This document shows, in pieces, positions 38,115 through 52,591 of a stretch of DNA of 64,000 bases. Position numbers and translations under genes: made by a program. This DNA is from Balanoglossus misakiensis (Eukaryota; Animalia; Hemichordata): assembly GCA_040954595.2 (NCBI GenBank), contig CM082595.2:8414317-8478316 (forward strand), given 5' to 3'. The notes under the pieces are model-generated. The model was given only the letters and a program-made list of their open reading frames with translations. It did no database searches and was not told where the DNA came from. Position 1 is the first letter of the stretch. The number at the start of each line of letters is the position of its first letter.

Positions 38115-41100
38115 ATGCCAGACTTTAGCCCTGAAGCGTTTATGAAGGAGCCCGATCAAGATGTGTTTGATTCTCTCAGAAAAGAACAGCTTATCATATT
38201 AGCACAGTTTCTAAAGGTCCCTGTTAAAAGGTCTATGAGAAAATTAGAGATACAATACAAGGTAGCGAAACATTTGGTTGATTTGGATGCGTTTGATGAG
38301 ACTGCTCTAAAATGTTACGTTTCCGAGTCTAATGAAATAGAACTTAAAAAATTAGAAACCCAGTTAGAACTTAAGAGAATTGAACTTCAAATGCAACTTG
38401 AAGAGAAGGGGAGAGAAGAAAGATTAGAACTACAACGGATGGAATTAGAAATGAAAAGATTAGAGTTAGGTGGTAGGTCAGGTTATCTTGAGACATCTTC
38501 AAGTTCGTACAGTTTTGACGTCACAAAACATTTTAAATTGGTTCCTCATTTCCAGGAGAAAGATGTCGATAAATATTTTCTTCATTTCGAGAAAGTTGCT
38601 GAAAGTATGAAGTGGCCTAAAGAATTTTGGTGCATGCTTTTGCAGAGTGCTTTGGTTGGTAAAGCCAGAGAGGTTTACATACAATTGTCAGTTGAGCAAG
38701 CTTCTGATTATAACACTGTTAAAGAATTAATACTTAAGGGCTACGAGTTGGTCCCGGAAGCTTACCGTCAGAAGTTTCGAGATTGTGAGAAAGCAAGGGA
38801 TCAAACTTATGTTGAATTCGCTCGAACAAAAGAGCAGCTGTTTGACCGTTGGTGTTTTTCTGAGAAGGTTGATGATAAATTTGAAAAGCTACGACAGCTT
38901 GTCTTGATTGAAGAGTTCAAAAAATGTATACATGGGGATATCAGAACGTTTATCGGGGAACAAAAAGCAGAAACGTTGGACGTTGCTTCACGTTTGGCCG
39001 ATGATTATTCATTGATTCATAAAACACAGGTTGTCAACAAACCATCCCAGTCATTTTCATATAGAAATAACACAGGGAAATTTAACTCGCTGTCTCCAAA
39101 AGATAGTCAGTTTTCGTACAAATCAAATAGCAGTTCACAAAGTTCCCGTGTGAACTCAAAGCCTACCGATGTCAAGCCACAAGTTCCCCCTACTGGAAGG
39201 CATTTTGGTACCATCACTTGTAGTTACTGTAAGAAAGAGGGTCATTTGATATCAGATTGTTTCAAATTGAAAAGAAAACGGGAAAATAATCAAAGTGCAG
39301 GATACAAGCCAACTGGCTTTATTGCTTCATCATCCAGACTTGAGTCTAATGATATTAATGATGTGGTTAACACATTTTCTGAGGTTGAATTTCCAGCCAA
39401 GGAAGTCAAGAGGAAATCTCACGATAGCATTATGGGTATTTTCGGACCATTTATTCATGATGGTTTTGTATCACTTTCAAGTGATTTGTCTTGTGCGACT
39501 CCTGTTAAGATTTTAAGAGATACTGGGGCTTCTCAGTCTCTTTTGTTGGTAGATACATTGCCGTTTTCTGAAGAGTCGTTTTCAGGTTCAAACGTTCTTA
39601 TTAAAGGTGTAGATTCTATTGAGTATACACCTGTTCCACTCCATAATGTGTATTTGTCTTCGGACTTAGTTTCAGGGCCTGTGACTTTGGGTATTAGGCC
39701 TTCTTTACCTTTTGAGGGGATTCACCTTCTTCTTGGAAATGACATTGCGGGGGACAGAGTTGTTACAAATACACTTGTGACGGACAAACCTTGTCTTAAT
39801 CAAGACCAAGATCCAATTGAACAGGAAATTCCTGATTTGTATCCTGCCTGTGCAGTTACTCGAGCTATGTCGAGAAAAACGTCAGAAAATCTTGATGAGT
39901 TTAAAACAAACGTCAAAGACGTTGATTTGGCTGACACGTTTCTTAGTCGAGTGTTTGATGCCCAATTAAATGAAACTCCCTCTGATCAAAGTGAAATATC
40001 TTCTAGGTCACATCTTATTGATGAACAACATAGGGATCTTGAGATTTCATGCTTGTTTGATAGAGTTACTGATGAGACTGATATTTCATAGAATTCTGTC
40101 TGTTATTATACAAAATCTGGCATACTCATGCGTAAATGGAGACCTCCAGATGTTTTAGTAAGTGATGTTTGGGCAGTGAAACATCAAATTGTTGTTCCAA
40201 AGTCTTACCGTACAGAAATACTCCGCCTTGCCCATGAAACGCCCATGGCTGGTCACCTTGGTATAAGGAAAACATATCACAAAGTTCTTGGTCATTTTTA
40301 CTGGCCCGGTATTCGGAAAGATGTTGCACAATTCTGTAAGTCTTGCCACACATGTCAAATGGTAGGGAAGCCAAATCAAACCATTCCAAAAGCTCCTTTA
40401 CAGCCAATTCCTGCATTTCATGAACCATTTAGTACTCATAGATTGTGTGGGCCCCCTACCCAAAACCAGATCAGGAAATCAATATATGTTGACAATAATG
40501 TGTACAAGTACTCGCTTCCCTGAAGCCATACCTCTCAGAGATATAAAAGCTAGAACTATAGTGAAAGCTTTAGTCAAGTTTTTTACACTTTTTGGTCTTC
40601 CGAAGTCTGTCCAGTCTGATCAAGGTTCAAATTTCATGTCTGGAATTTTCCAACAAGTCATGGATCAGCTAGGCATTAAGCAGTATAGGTCTTCTGCGTA
40701 TCATCCTGAGAGCCAAGGTGCTCTTGAACGGTTCCATCAAACTTTGAAAAACATGATTAGGGCGTATTGTTTTGACACAGAACAGCATTGGGATGATGGG
40801 ATTCATTTTCTTCTATTTGCAGTGCGAGAGTCTGTTCAAGAATCATTGGGTTTTAGCCCATTTGAACTTGTGTTTGGGCATACTGTGCGGGGACCACTTA
40901 AATTGCTTAAAGAAAAGTTCTTATCAGATGAAAGTGAGAGTTTGAACCTCTTAGAATATGTATCCGATTTTCGTAGCAGACTTTCTAGGGCGTGTGAATT
41001 GGCTAAAGAAAACCTGAAGTCATCACAAAGGTCTATGAAAGCAAAATATGATAGAAATACTTCCAAACAGAAATTTGTGCCTGGCCAAAAGGTGCTAGTT

Positions 41101-42804
41101 TTTCTTCCGGTTCCCGGAAAGTCACTCCAAGCCCGCTATTTCGGTCCTTACACCATTGATAAGAAGTTGACTGATCTAAATTATGTTGTGGTAACTCCTG
41201 ACAGGCGTAAACAAAAACAGTTGTGTCATGTAAATATGCTTAAACCCTACATAGAAAGAAATAGGTCCAATACTAAAGTTGCAGTTGCACAACCTGTCAA
41301 TGCAGTCAATTCCAATATTTGTAATGATAGGGAAGTTGATTTGTGTGAAAACATTCTATGTGACCGACTGAGCACAGCCAGACTCCAAAACTCTGATATT
41401 CTCCAAGATATGGACTCCAAGTTGTCACATCTCCATCCGTCACAGCAACAAGATGTGAAAGAACTGATTCAGGAATACAGACATTTGTTTGTGGATATTC
41501 CATCAAGGACAAACATCATTCATCACGATGTTGATGTGGGCGATTCCCGGCCAGTGAAACAACATCCATATAGACTGAATCCCAACAAAGCGAAATACCT
41601 CCGTGAGGAGGTGGAATATTTGCTTGACAATGACTTCATTGAAAGAAGTAAAAGTAACTGGAGTTCACCCTGCATCCTCGTTCCCAAACCTGATGGAAGC
41701 TACCGAATGTGTACGGATTACAGAAAGGTCAACGCCCTTACAAAGACAGACTCTTTTCCTATTCCCAGGATTAACGACTGCATTGATCGAGTGGGGAAAG
41801 CCAACTATGTAACCAAATTTGATCTGCTCAAGGGCTTCTGGCAAGTCCCTCTGACAGATCATGCCCGGGAAATATCCGCCTTTGTTACACCCGATGGATT
41901 GTTCCAGTACAAAGTGATGCCATTTGGAATGAAAAACTCACCAGCGACATTTCAGCGCATGATGAATGACGTCACATCTGGACTAGATGGATGCGACGCC
42001 TATGTCGACGACGTACTGATATATTCGGACACCTGGGATGAACACATGAAAATGATGCGAACGTTCTTTGAACGATTAAGTAAAGCAAAGTTGACTGTCA
42101 ATTTGACAAAAACTGCTTTTGGTTGCGCACAAGTGACATACCTAGGACACATTTTCGGTCAGGGCGAGGTAAAGCCAATTAACGCCAAAGTCAGTGCGAT
42201 TTCTAATTTTCAACCGCCAAATTGTAAGAAACAGCTGATGCGCTTTCTTGGTATGGCTGGATACTATAGGAAATTCTGTCCAAATTTCTCCACCATTTCT
42301 GAGCCTTTGACTCGTTTACTCAGAAAGAATACGAAATTCGTTTGGTCAGATCAGTGTCAGCAGTCATTCGACAAGTTGAAAGTCATACTGAGAAGTGCCC
42401 CAGTTCTCTCAGCGCCAAATTTCAGTTTTCCATTCAAATTAGCGGCAGACGCAAGTGATGTAGCCGCTGGCGCCGTTTTATTGCAAGAAGATGATCAGGG
42501 AATAGATCATCCTATTTGTTACTTTTCACGCAAGTTTAACAACTCGCAGAGAAATTACTCTACCATTGAAAAAGAGTGTTTATCATTGATATTAGCTTTA
42601 CAGCAATTTGAGGTCTATGTGACTGCTTCAAATTTCCCAATAGTTGTCTACATTGATCACAACCCTCTCGTATTTCTACAAAAAATAAGAGGCAGGAATC
42701 AAAGGTTGTTGAGATGGAGCTTGATGTTGCAGGAATTTAACCTTGACATCAGACATATCAAGGGTAAAGATAATTTAATTGCAGACTGTCTTTCTCGCGT
42801 TTAG
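38115..42804 (+). pseudogene. Gag-Pol polyprotein with one premature stop (~40090) and one frameshift (~40430)
   Basis: SCAN-like gag (ELVPEAYRQKFR), CCHC knuckle, protease LRDTGA, integrase HHCC + DCVGP/SDQG/ERFH, RT YVDD, RNase H ADAS..ADCLSR. Confidence 0.92.
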
Positions 42805-42876
42805 AATTCTAAGTAATTGTAAGAGAATTGTAAAAAAAATTTTTTGTAAAAACTTTTCTTTAAGGGGGGGGGGGTG

Positions 42877-43454
42877 TGTGATGATGAGGTCATTTTAGTG
42901 TGACCTTTACTGGCTAGTAAGATTTCTTTTGTTTTGGGTGACCAGGTGTTGATGAATATTCATTTGATTGACATGTATAAATACACATGCTACCATGTGG
43001 TCAGGGGGCTATTTTTTTCGCTGGACACTGTGCCGGTAACTTCAGTGCTGGGGACTCCATGCTGCTGTTTGGGACCTTTCGCAGGCCGTTTTGTTTGACT
43101 TCAAGGACTTCAGAAGTTGTGAGTGCATGCACACCACTTGGACCTAAACCAGACTTTGCTGCTGTTTTGTTTGACTTCGAGTTGTAAGTACACACCACTC
43201 GGACTGAAACCAGACTTTCCTGTACGTCGGAAGTCTTTGACTTTACTGCATATTTGCTGCTCGTGTGCTTCACGACTGGAGTCCTAGCTGAGTATATGGA
43301 GTGCTGTGTGTGTTGCTCAGTTTGGTTCGCATTCATTGTTTTATGACCTGTTAATCCCTTTTTGCCTGCAACTTAATTTTGTTAGTATAGCGAATAGCCA
43401 TTAAATACTTTTTATAAAAGGAAAACCACTGACTTCGCCCTTTCTGTCATAACA
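42877..43454 (+). repeat. 3' LTR
   Basis: Follows the PPT; ORF translations identical to those in the 5' LTR. Confidence 0.95.
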
Positions 43455-46400
43455 TTTTGCAAAGTTGAAAAATTGTCATTTTTGGATGATGTTCATGAGC
43501 TATAACCCATGATTTTTTTCTTCAAAAATGTGAAGAAATTTTGAACTTTCGCAAAGTCGAAAAATTGTTATTTTTGGATGATTTTCGAGAGCTAAAACCC
43601 ATGTTTTTTTTTTTTCAAAAATGTGAAGAGATGTTGAACTTTCGCAAAGTAGAAATATTGTCATTTTGGACGATTTTCATGACTATAACCCATGATTTTT
43701 TTTAAAAAAGTGAAGAAATTTAGAAATTTCGCAAAGTCGAAAACTTGTCATTTTTGGATGATGTTCATGAGCTATAACCCATGATTTTTTTCTTCAAAAA
43801 TGTGAAGAAATTTTGAACTTTCGCAAAGTCGAAAACTTGTTATTTTTGGATGATTTTCGAGAGCTAAAACCCATGTTTTTTTTTTTTTAAAGCGAAGAAA
43901 TGTTGAACTTTCGCAAAGTCTAAAAATAGTCATTTTTGCACGATTTTCAGGACCTATAAGCCATGATTTTCTTCAAAAAATGAAGAAATTTTGAAATTTC
44001 GCAAAGTCGAAATTTTTTTATTTTTAGGTGATTTTTATGACCCATGATTCTTTCAAAAAATGAAGAAATTTTGAACTTTCGCAATGTGGAAAAAATTATC
44101 TTTTTAGGATGATTTTCATGAGCTATAACCCATGATTTTTTTCAAAAAAGTGAAGAAATTTAGAAATTTCGCAAGGTCGAAAAATTGTAATTTTTTGATG
44201 GTTTTCATGAGCTGTAACCCATTATTTTTTTCTCCAAAAAGTGAAGAAATTTAGAAATTTCGCAAAGTCGAAATTTTTTTATCTTTGGGTGATTTTTATG
44301 ACCCATGATTTTTTTCAAAAAATGAAGACATTTTGAACTTTCAAAATGTGGAAAAATTGTCATTTTTGGATGATGTTCATGAGCTATAACCCATGATTTT
44401 TTTCAAAAAATGAAAACAATTTGAAATTTCGCAAAGTCGAAAAATCGTAATTTTTGATGGTTTTCATAAGCTGTAACCCATGATTTTTTTCACGAAAACC
44501 TAGAAATTTTGAACATTCACAAAGTCAAACAATAGTTATTTTTTGATGGTTTTCATGAGCTGTAACCCATAATTTTTTTCAAGAAAACGAAGAAATTTTG
44601 AACTTTCGCAATGTGGAAAAATTGTCATTTTTGGATGATTTTCATGAGCTATAACCCATGATTTTTTTCAAAAAAGTGAAGAAATTTAGAAAGTTCGCAA
44701 AGTCGAAAAATTGTCATTTTTGGATGATGTTCATGAGCTATAACCCATGATTTTTTTCTTCAAAAATGTGAAGAAATTTTGAACTTTCGTAAAGTCGAAA
44801 AATTGTTATTTTTGGATGATTTTCGAGAGCTAAACCCCATGTTTTTTTTTTCAAAAATGTGAAGAGATGTTGAACTTTCGCAAAGTCGAAATATTGTCAT
44901 TTTGGACGATTTTCATGACTATAACCCATGATTTATTTTTAAAAAGTGAAGAAATTTAGAAATTTCGCAAAGTCGAAAAATTGTCATTTTTGGATGATGT
45001 TCATGAGCTATAACCCATGATTTTTTTCAAAAAAGTGAAGAAATTTAGAAATTTCGCAAAGTCGAAATATTTTTATTTTTGGGTGATTTTTATGACCCAT
45101 GATTTTTTTCAAAAAATGAAGACATTTTGAACTTTCAAAATGTGGAAAAATTGTCATTTTTGGATGATGTTCATGAGCTATAACCCATGATTTTTTTTCA
45201 AAAAATGAAAACAATTTGAAATTTCGCAAAGTCGAAAACTCGTAATTTTTGATGGTTTTCATAAGCTGTAACCCATGATTTTTTTCACGAAAACCTAGAA
45301 ATTTTGAACATTCACAAAGTCAAACAATAGTTATTTTTTGATGGTTTTCATGAGCTGTAACCCATAATTTTTTTCAAGAAAACGAAGAAATTTTGAACTT
45401 TCGCAATGTGGAAAGATTGTCATTTTTGGATGATTTTCATGAGCTATAACCCATGATTTTTTCAAAAAAGTGAAGAAATTTTGAACTTTCGCAATGTGGA
45501 AAAAGTGTATCTTTTGATGATTTTCATAAGCTATAACCCATGATTTTTTCAAAAATGTGAAGATATTTTGAACTTTCGCAAAGTCGAAATATTGTCATTT
45601 TTGGATGATTAGCATGAGCTATAACGCATGATTTTTTTCTTCAAAAATGTGAATAAATTTTGAACTTTCGCAATACTGAAAAATTGTAATTTTGGATGAT
45701 TTTCATAAGCTATAACCCATGATTTTTTTCAAAAAGCGAAGAAATTTTGAACTTTCGCAAAGTCGAAAAATTTTAATTTTTTGATGGTTTTCATGAGCTG
45801 TAAACCATAATTTTTTTCAAGAAAATTATCTTTTTAGGATGATTTTCATGAGCTATAACCCATGATTTTTTTCAAAAAAGTGAAGAAATTTAGAAATTTC
45901 GCAAGGTCGAAAAATTGTAATTTTTTGATGGTTTTCATGAGCTGTAACCCATTATTTTTTTTTCCAAAAAGTGAAGAAATTTAGAAATTTCGCAAAGTCG
46001 AAAAATTGTTATTTTTGGTTCAAAAATGTGATGAGATGTTGAACTTTCGCAAAGTCGAAATATTGTCATTTTGGACGATTTTCATGACTCATGATTTTTT
46101 TTCAAAAAAGTGAAGGAATTTTGAATTTTCGCAAAGTCTAAAAATAGTCATTTTTGGACGATTTTCAGGACCTATAACCCGTTATTTTCTTCAAAAAATG
46201 AAGAAATTTTGAAATTTCGCAAAGTTGAAAAATTCTCATTTTTGGATGATGTTCATTAGCTATAACCCATGATTTTTTTCTTCAAAAATGTGAAGAAAAT
46301 TTGAACTTTCGCAATGTGGACGAATTGTCATTTTTGGATAATTTTCATGAGCTATAACCCATGATTTTTTTCAAGAAAACGAAGAAATTTTGAACTTTCG

Positions 46401-48553
46401 CAATGTGGAAAGATTGTCATTTTTGGATGATTTTCATGAGCTATAACCCATGATTTTTTCAAAAAAGTGAAGAAATTTTGAACTTTCGCAATGTGGAAAA
46501 AGTGTATCTTTTGATGATTTCCATAAGCTATAACCCATGATTTTTTCAAAAATGTGAAGATATTTTGAACTTTCGCAAAGTCGAAATATTGTCATTTTTG
46601 GATGATTAGCATGAGCTATAACGCATGATTTTTTTCTTCAAAAATGTGAATAAATTTTGAACTTTCGCAATACTGAAAAATTGTAATTTTGGATGATTTT
46701 CATAAGCTATAACCCATGATTTTTTTCAAAAAGCGAAGAAATTTTGAACTTTCGCAAAGTCGAAAAATTTTAATTTTTTGATGGTTTTCATGAGCTGTAA
46801 ACCATAATTTTTTTCAAGAAAATTATCTTTTTAGGATGATTTTCATGAGCTATAACCCATGATTTTTTTCAAAAAAGTGAAGAAATTTAGAAATTTCGCA
46901 AGGTCGAAAAATTGTAATTTTTTGATGGTTTTCATGAGCTGTAACCCATTATTTTTTTTTCCAAAAAGTGAAGAAATTTAGAAATTTCGCAAAGTCGAAA
47001 AATTGTTATTTTTGGTTCAAAAATGTGATGAGATGTTGAACTTTCGCAAAGTCGAAATATTGTCATTTTGGACGATTTTCATGACTCATGATTTTTTTTC
47101 AAAAAAGTGAAGGAATTTTGAATTTTCGCAAAGTCTAAAAATAGTCATTTTTGGACGATTTTCAGGACCTATAACCCGTTATTTTCTTCAAAAAATGAAG
47201 AAATTTTGAAATTTCGCAAAGTTGAAAAATTCTCATTTTTGGATGATGTTCATTAGCTATAACCCATGATTTTTTTCTTCAAAAATGTGAAGAAAATTTG
47301 AACTTTCGCAATGTGGACAAATTGTCATTTTTGGATAATTTTCATGAGCTATAACCCATGATTTTTTTCTTTTGAACTTTATGAAGGTAACCCATAATTG
47401 TTTTCAAGAAAACGAAGAAATTTTGAACTTGAAAACCGCTACTTTTCCATATCTTTGCATCCAGAGCAGATATGCTTATTGCTATGTTGCTATGTCCTCA
47501 AATGGGACCACAGTGTCCTTGACGCTATTTTTTTTAAAAGTGAAGACATTTTGAACTTTCGCAAAGTCTAAAAATAGTCATTTTTGAACAATTTTCAGGA
47601 CCTATAACCTATAACACATGATTTTTTTTTCAAAAATGTGAAAGTATTTTGAACTTTCGCAAAGTCGAAATATTGTCATTTTTTGATGATTTTCAAGAGC
47701 TAAAATCCATGATTTTTTTCAAAAAAGTGAAGACATTTTGAACTTTCGCAAAGTCGAAAAATTGTAATGTTTTGATGGTTTTCATGAGCTCTAACCCATG
47801 ACTTTTTTCAAAAAAGCGAAGAAATTTTGAACTTTCGCAAAATCGAAAAATTGTAATTTTTTTGATGGTTTTCATGAGCTGTAACCCATGACTTTTTTCA
47901 AAAAATGAAGAAATTTTGAACTTCGCAAAGTCGAAAAATTGTAATGTTTTGATGGTTTTCATGAGCTGTAACCCATGATTTTTTTTCAAGAAAACGAAGA
48001 AATTTTGAACTTTCGCAAAGTCGAAAAATTGTTATTTTTGGATGATTTTCTCTTGAAAATCATCGAAAAATAACCCATGATTTTTCTTCCAAAAATGTGA
48101 AGAGACGTTGAACTTTCGCAAAGTCGAAATATTGTCATTTTTGGACGATTTTCATTACCCATAATTTTTTTTTCAAAAAGGTGAAGAAATTTTGAACTTT
48201 CGCAAAGTCTAAAAATAGTAATTTTTGCACGATTTTCAGGACCTATAACCCATGATTTTCTTCAAAAAAATGGAGAAATTTTGAAATTTCGCAAAGTCGT
48301 ATTTTTTTTATTTTTAGGTGAATTTTATGACCCATGATTTTTTTCAAAAAAGTGAAGAAATTTTGAACTTTCGCAAAGTCGAAAAATTGGCATTTTTGGA
48401 TGATTTTCATGAGCTATAACCCATGTTTTTTTTTATTTTGAAATTTCGCAAAGTAACCCATGATTTTTTTCAAAAATGAAGAAATTTTGAACTTTCGCAA
48501 AGTCGAAAAATTGTAATTTTCTGATGGTTTTCATGAGCTGTAACCCATTATTT
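43455..48553 (+). repeat. ~89-bp satellite array with higher-order duplications
   Basis: Continuous units; ~997-bp block repeated at ~45370-46367 and ~46367-47364. Confidence 0.97.
47445..47528 (-). mobile_element. Inverted 5'-end fragment of HINE-A
   Basis: Reverse complement reads tagcgtcaaggacactgtggtcccatttgaggacatagcaacatagcaataagcatatctgctctggatgc. Confidence 0.85.
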
Positions 48554-49358
48554 TGTAGCGGTTGAATTATCAGTCTTCGCTATATTTCTGGGGACGTACG
48601 TAGATTGCATTGGTATAGACGCGATTTGATAATAGTTTGGGCATAGCAGAAACTGTTCACGTGACACTTTCCCGCGCTATCCATATTTGGTAGTTAGTTT
48701 GATACTTTTCTGCGAGTTTCTATTGGCTGACATGCCTTGTTTTCGTTGTTGAGTTTTGGGGCAGAGAGAGAGAGTAAGTGACCGTAATGGCGAAGTAGCA
48801 GTGTGTGCAGAGAGACGCGAGGAGAAAGGGTAAGAAACTCGAGCAAGGACTACGAGAGCCGTCTAGCGTGGCAAGCGCTGCTCTCAAAAGCTCGTAGTTT
48901 GCCGTTCCTAGTTCCGCGGGTGGCGATGTATCCCGTCTATTGAACTTCCTTTAGAGTACGGGCAGATCGAGACTGGAGACGAGTGAGATAGAGATTAGCA
49001 GCGTAGAACAGGGACGACGTGACCAGACTGCCGTGTTGTATTCCTTCTGAGTTGTGTTGATGAAATAAATACAGTGGGGGAAGTTGTAACCGCATTGCTG
49101 TGTGGACTGATAGTTTTGTGATAAATCCAGGCGTGTGAGGCCGCTAACCTTGCAGCGATCTCCCGGCCGCTTGAGAACTTTCTCGACCTAGGTATGGACT
49201 TATCATTGGTGGCAGCGAAAATCTATGAACCCAGCCGGACACGTCACACTCGTGACTGTCGGCGTATGTGAATATTGGTGACAGCAGGACGGTGTACGAA
49301 ATACCCGAGCATCCCGTGGCGTCCGACGGGCTGATCCGACGGCCGGGCAAACGCCACA
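48554..49358 (+). mobile_element. Solo LTR, slightly diverged paralogue of 5729-6533
   Basis: Same termini, ATTT flanks and satellite context; a few substitutions. Confidence 0.85.
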
Positions 49359-49497
49359 ATTTTTTTCAGGAAAACGAAGAAATTTTGAACTTTCGCAATT
49401 TGGAAAAATTGTCATTTTTGGATGTTTTTCATGAGCTATAACCCATGATTTTTTTTCAAAAAGTGAAGAAATTTAGAAATTTCGCAAAGTCGAAAAA

Positions 49498-52207
49498 TAG
49501 CGTCAAGGACACTGTGGTCCCATTTGATGACATAGCACATAGCAACATAGCAATAAGCATATCTGCTCTGGATGCCAAGATATTGAAAAGTAGGTCAAAG
49601 GTCACCTGAGGTCATGCAAAATTTGGGCAAGAAATTTTGACCTTATACTGGTCCATGTTCAATAAAAACCAAAACTATAGCCTTATTGGTTACCTTGGAA
49701 TTAGGTTTGCACATAATAAATGAGATATGCAGGTGTCACAGGTGACCCCCAATTTTGGCTTTTCAATTTTAGTGCCAACCCTCCAAACGCTAAGTCTGTA
49801 CCTGCTCTGGATGTCAAGATATGGTAAAGTAGGTGAAAGGTCACCTGAGGTCATGCAAAATTTGGGCAAGAAATTTTGACACTATACTGGTCCATGTTCA
49901 ACAAAAACCAAACCTATAGCCTTATTGGTTAGCCTGGAATTAGGTATGCACATAATTAATGAGATATGCAGGTGTCACAGGTAACCCCCAGTTTTGGCTT
50001 TTCAATTTTAGTCCCAACCCTCCAAACGCAAAGTCTGTATCTGCTCTGGATGCCAAGATATGATAAAGTAGGTCAAAGGTCACCTGAAGTCATGCAAAAT
50101 TTGGGCAAGAAATTTTGACCCTATACTGGTCCATGTTCAATAAAAACCAAAACTATAGCCTTATTGGTTACCTAGGAATTAGGTATGCACATAATTAATG
50201 AGATATGCAGGTGTCACAGGTGACCCCCAAGTTTGGCTTTTCAATTTTAGTGCCAACCCTCCAAACGCTAAGTCTGTACCTACACTGGATGCCAAGATAT
50301 GGTAAAGTAGGTCAAATATCACCTGAGGTCATGCAAAATTTTGGCAAGAAATTTTGACCCTATACTGGTCCATGTTCAACAAAAACCAAACCTATAGCCT
50401 TATTGGTTAGCCTGGAATTAGGTATGCACATAATTAATGAGATATGCAGGTGTCACAGGTGACCCCCAGTTTTGGCTTTTAAATTTTAGTCCCAACCCTC
50501 CAAACACAAAGTCTGTACCTGCTCTGGATGCCAAGATATGATAAAGTAGGTCAAACGTCACCTGAGGTCATGCAAAATTTGGGCAAGAAATGTTGACCCT
50601 ATACTGGTCCATGTTCAATAAGAACCAAAACTATAGCCTTATTGGTTAGCGTGGAATTAGGTATGCACATAATTAATGACATATGCAGGTGTCACAGGTG
50701 ACCCCCAATTTTGGCTTTTCAATTTTAGTGCCAACCCTCCAAACGCTTCGTCTGTACCTGCTGTGGATGCCAGATATGATAAAGTAGGTCAAAGGTCACC
50801 TGAGGTCATGCAAAATTTAGGCAAGAAATTTTGACCCTATACTGGTCCATGTTTAACAAAAACCAAACCTATAGCCTTATTGGTTAGCCTGGAATTAGGT
50901 ATGCACATAATTAATGAGATATGCAGGTGTCACAGGTGACCCCCAATTTAGGCTTTTCAATTTTAGTCCCAACCCTTCAAACGCTAAGTCTGTACCTGCT
51001 CTGGATGCCAAGATATGGTAAAGTTGGTCAAAGGTCACCTGAGGTCATGCAAAATTTGGGCAAGAAATTTTGACCCTATACTGGTCCATGTTCAACAAAA
51101 ACCAAACCTATAGCCTTATTGGTTAGCCTGGAATTAGGTATGCACATAATTAATGAGATATGCAGGTGTCACAGGTGACCCCCAATTTTGGCTTTTCAAT
51201 TTTAGTCCCAACCCTCCAAACGCCAAGTCTATACCTGCTCTGGATGCCAAGATATGGAAAAGTAGGTCAAAGGTCACCTGAGGTCATGCAAAATTTGGGC
51301 AAGAAATTTTGACCCTATACTGGTCCATGTTCAACAAAAACCAAACCTATAGCCCTATTGGTTAGCCTGGAATTATGTATGCACATAATTAATGAGATAT
51401 GCCGATGTCACAGGTGACCCATATTTTGGCTTTTCAATTTTAGTCCCAACCCTCCAAACGCCAAGTCTGTACCTGCTCTGGATGCCGAGATATAGGAAAG
51501 TAGGTCAAAGGTCACCTGAGGTCGCCCAAAATTTTGGCAAGAAATTTTGACCCTATACTGGTCCATGTCCCACAAGAACGAAACCTCTAGCCCTATTAGT
51601 TAGCCCGGAATTAAGTATGCACATAATTAATGTGTTAAGCAGGTGTTACAGGTGAGCCCAAAAATTTGCCTTTTATTTTGGCCCCATTGTGCTCACTGAC
51701 CAATAGACAGTCACTGTACAGGACTATTGCACAGACCAGAATTCCACAATAAGATGTGGACATAGCTTAACCATAGAGGTATAAGTAAAGTTTTAAATTT
51801 AATAAAAAGACTAAAAAATTCATAAAAAATAAAACATCCATGATATCAACTGAACACTTACAGGTCGGTGTGAGGTTGACATAAGGTACAAGCATACTAA
51901 TTTTCAAAGCAATCTGACCAGTAATTGTTGACTTGCAGAGTTTTGATCAATTTCACATTTTACAAGCTAATTTGCATATTTTTGGGCCTGGCAACTTCGT
52001 TTGGACAAACTCCCATCTACAGTCCTGCCTGCACCTACACATCAAATATTGAGGTGATACGTGCAGCGGTTTTCAAGTTTTTGATGTGGACGGACATACA
52101 GACATTCATCCATACATACATACATCCATCCATCCATCCATACATACATACAGACGCAACCCATCCCATAAGGTCCCATGGTATATAGGCCTATACCAAT
52201 GGGACCT
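49498..52207 (+). mobile_element. Complete uninterrupted HINE-A element
   Basis: 5' subTIR, about nine ~239-bp repeats, microsatellite, intact terminal hairpin, inserted in the satellite AAAAA. Confidence 0.8.
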
Positions 52208-52591
52208 AAAAATTGTCATTTTGAGATGATGTTCATCAGCTATGACCCATGATTTTTTTCAAACAAGTGAAGAAATTTTGAACTTTCGCAAAGTCGAAAA
52301 ATTGTCATTTTTGGATGATTTGCATGAGCTATAACGCATGATTTTTTTCTTCAAAAATGTGAAGAAATATTGAACTTTCGCAATGTGGAAAAATTGTAAT
52401 TTTGGATGATTTTCATAAGCTATAACCCATGATTTTTTTCAAAAAAACGAAAAAAATTTGAACTTTCTCGAAGTCGAAAAATTGTAATTTTTTGATGGTT
52501 TTCATGAGCTGTAACCCATGACTTTTTTCAAAAAATGAAGAAATTTTGAACTTTCGCAAAGTCGAAAAATTGTTATTTTTGGATGATTTTC

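Larger units (their letters stand above)
37435..43454 (+). mobile_element. Full-length Gmr1-type Ty3/Gypsy LTR retrotransposon (gag-PR-IN-RT-RH)
   Basis: Two 578-bp TG..CA LTRs at offset 5442, PBS, G-rich PPT at ~42862-42874, integrase upstream of RT; flanks cttt/tttt (imperfect 4-bp TSD). Confidence 0.96.

Noticed and set aside
35065-48553. CRISPR-like periodicity
   Set aside because: Units are head-to-tail variants of one monomer with no unique spacers, no cas genes, and a eukaryotic TE context.
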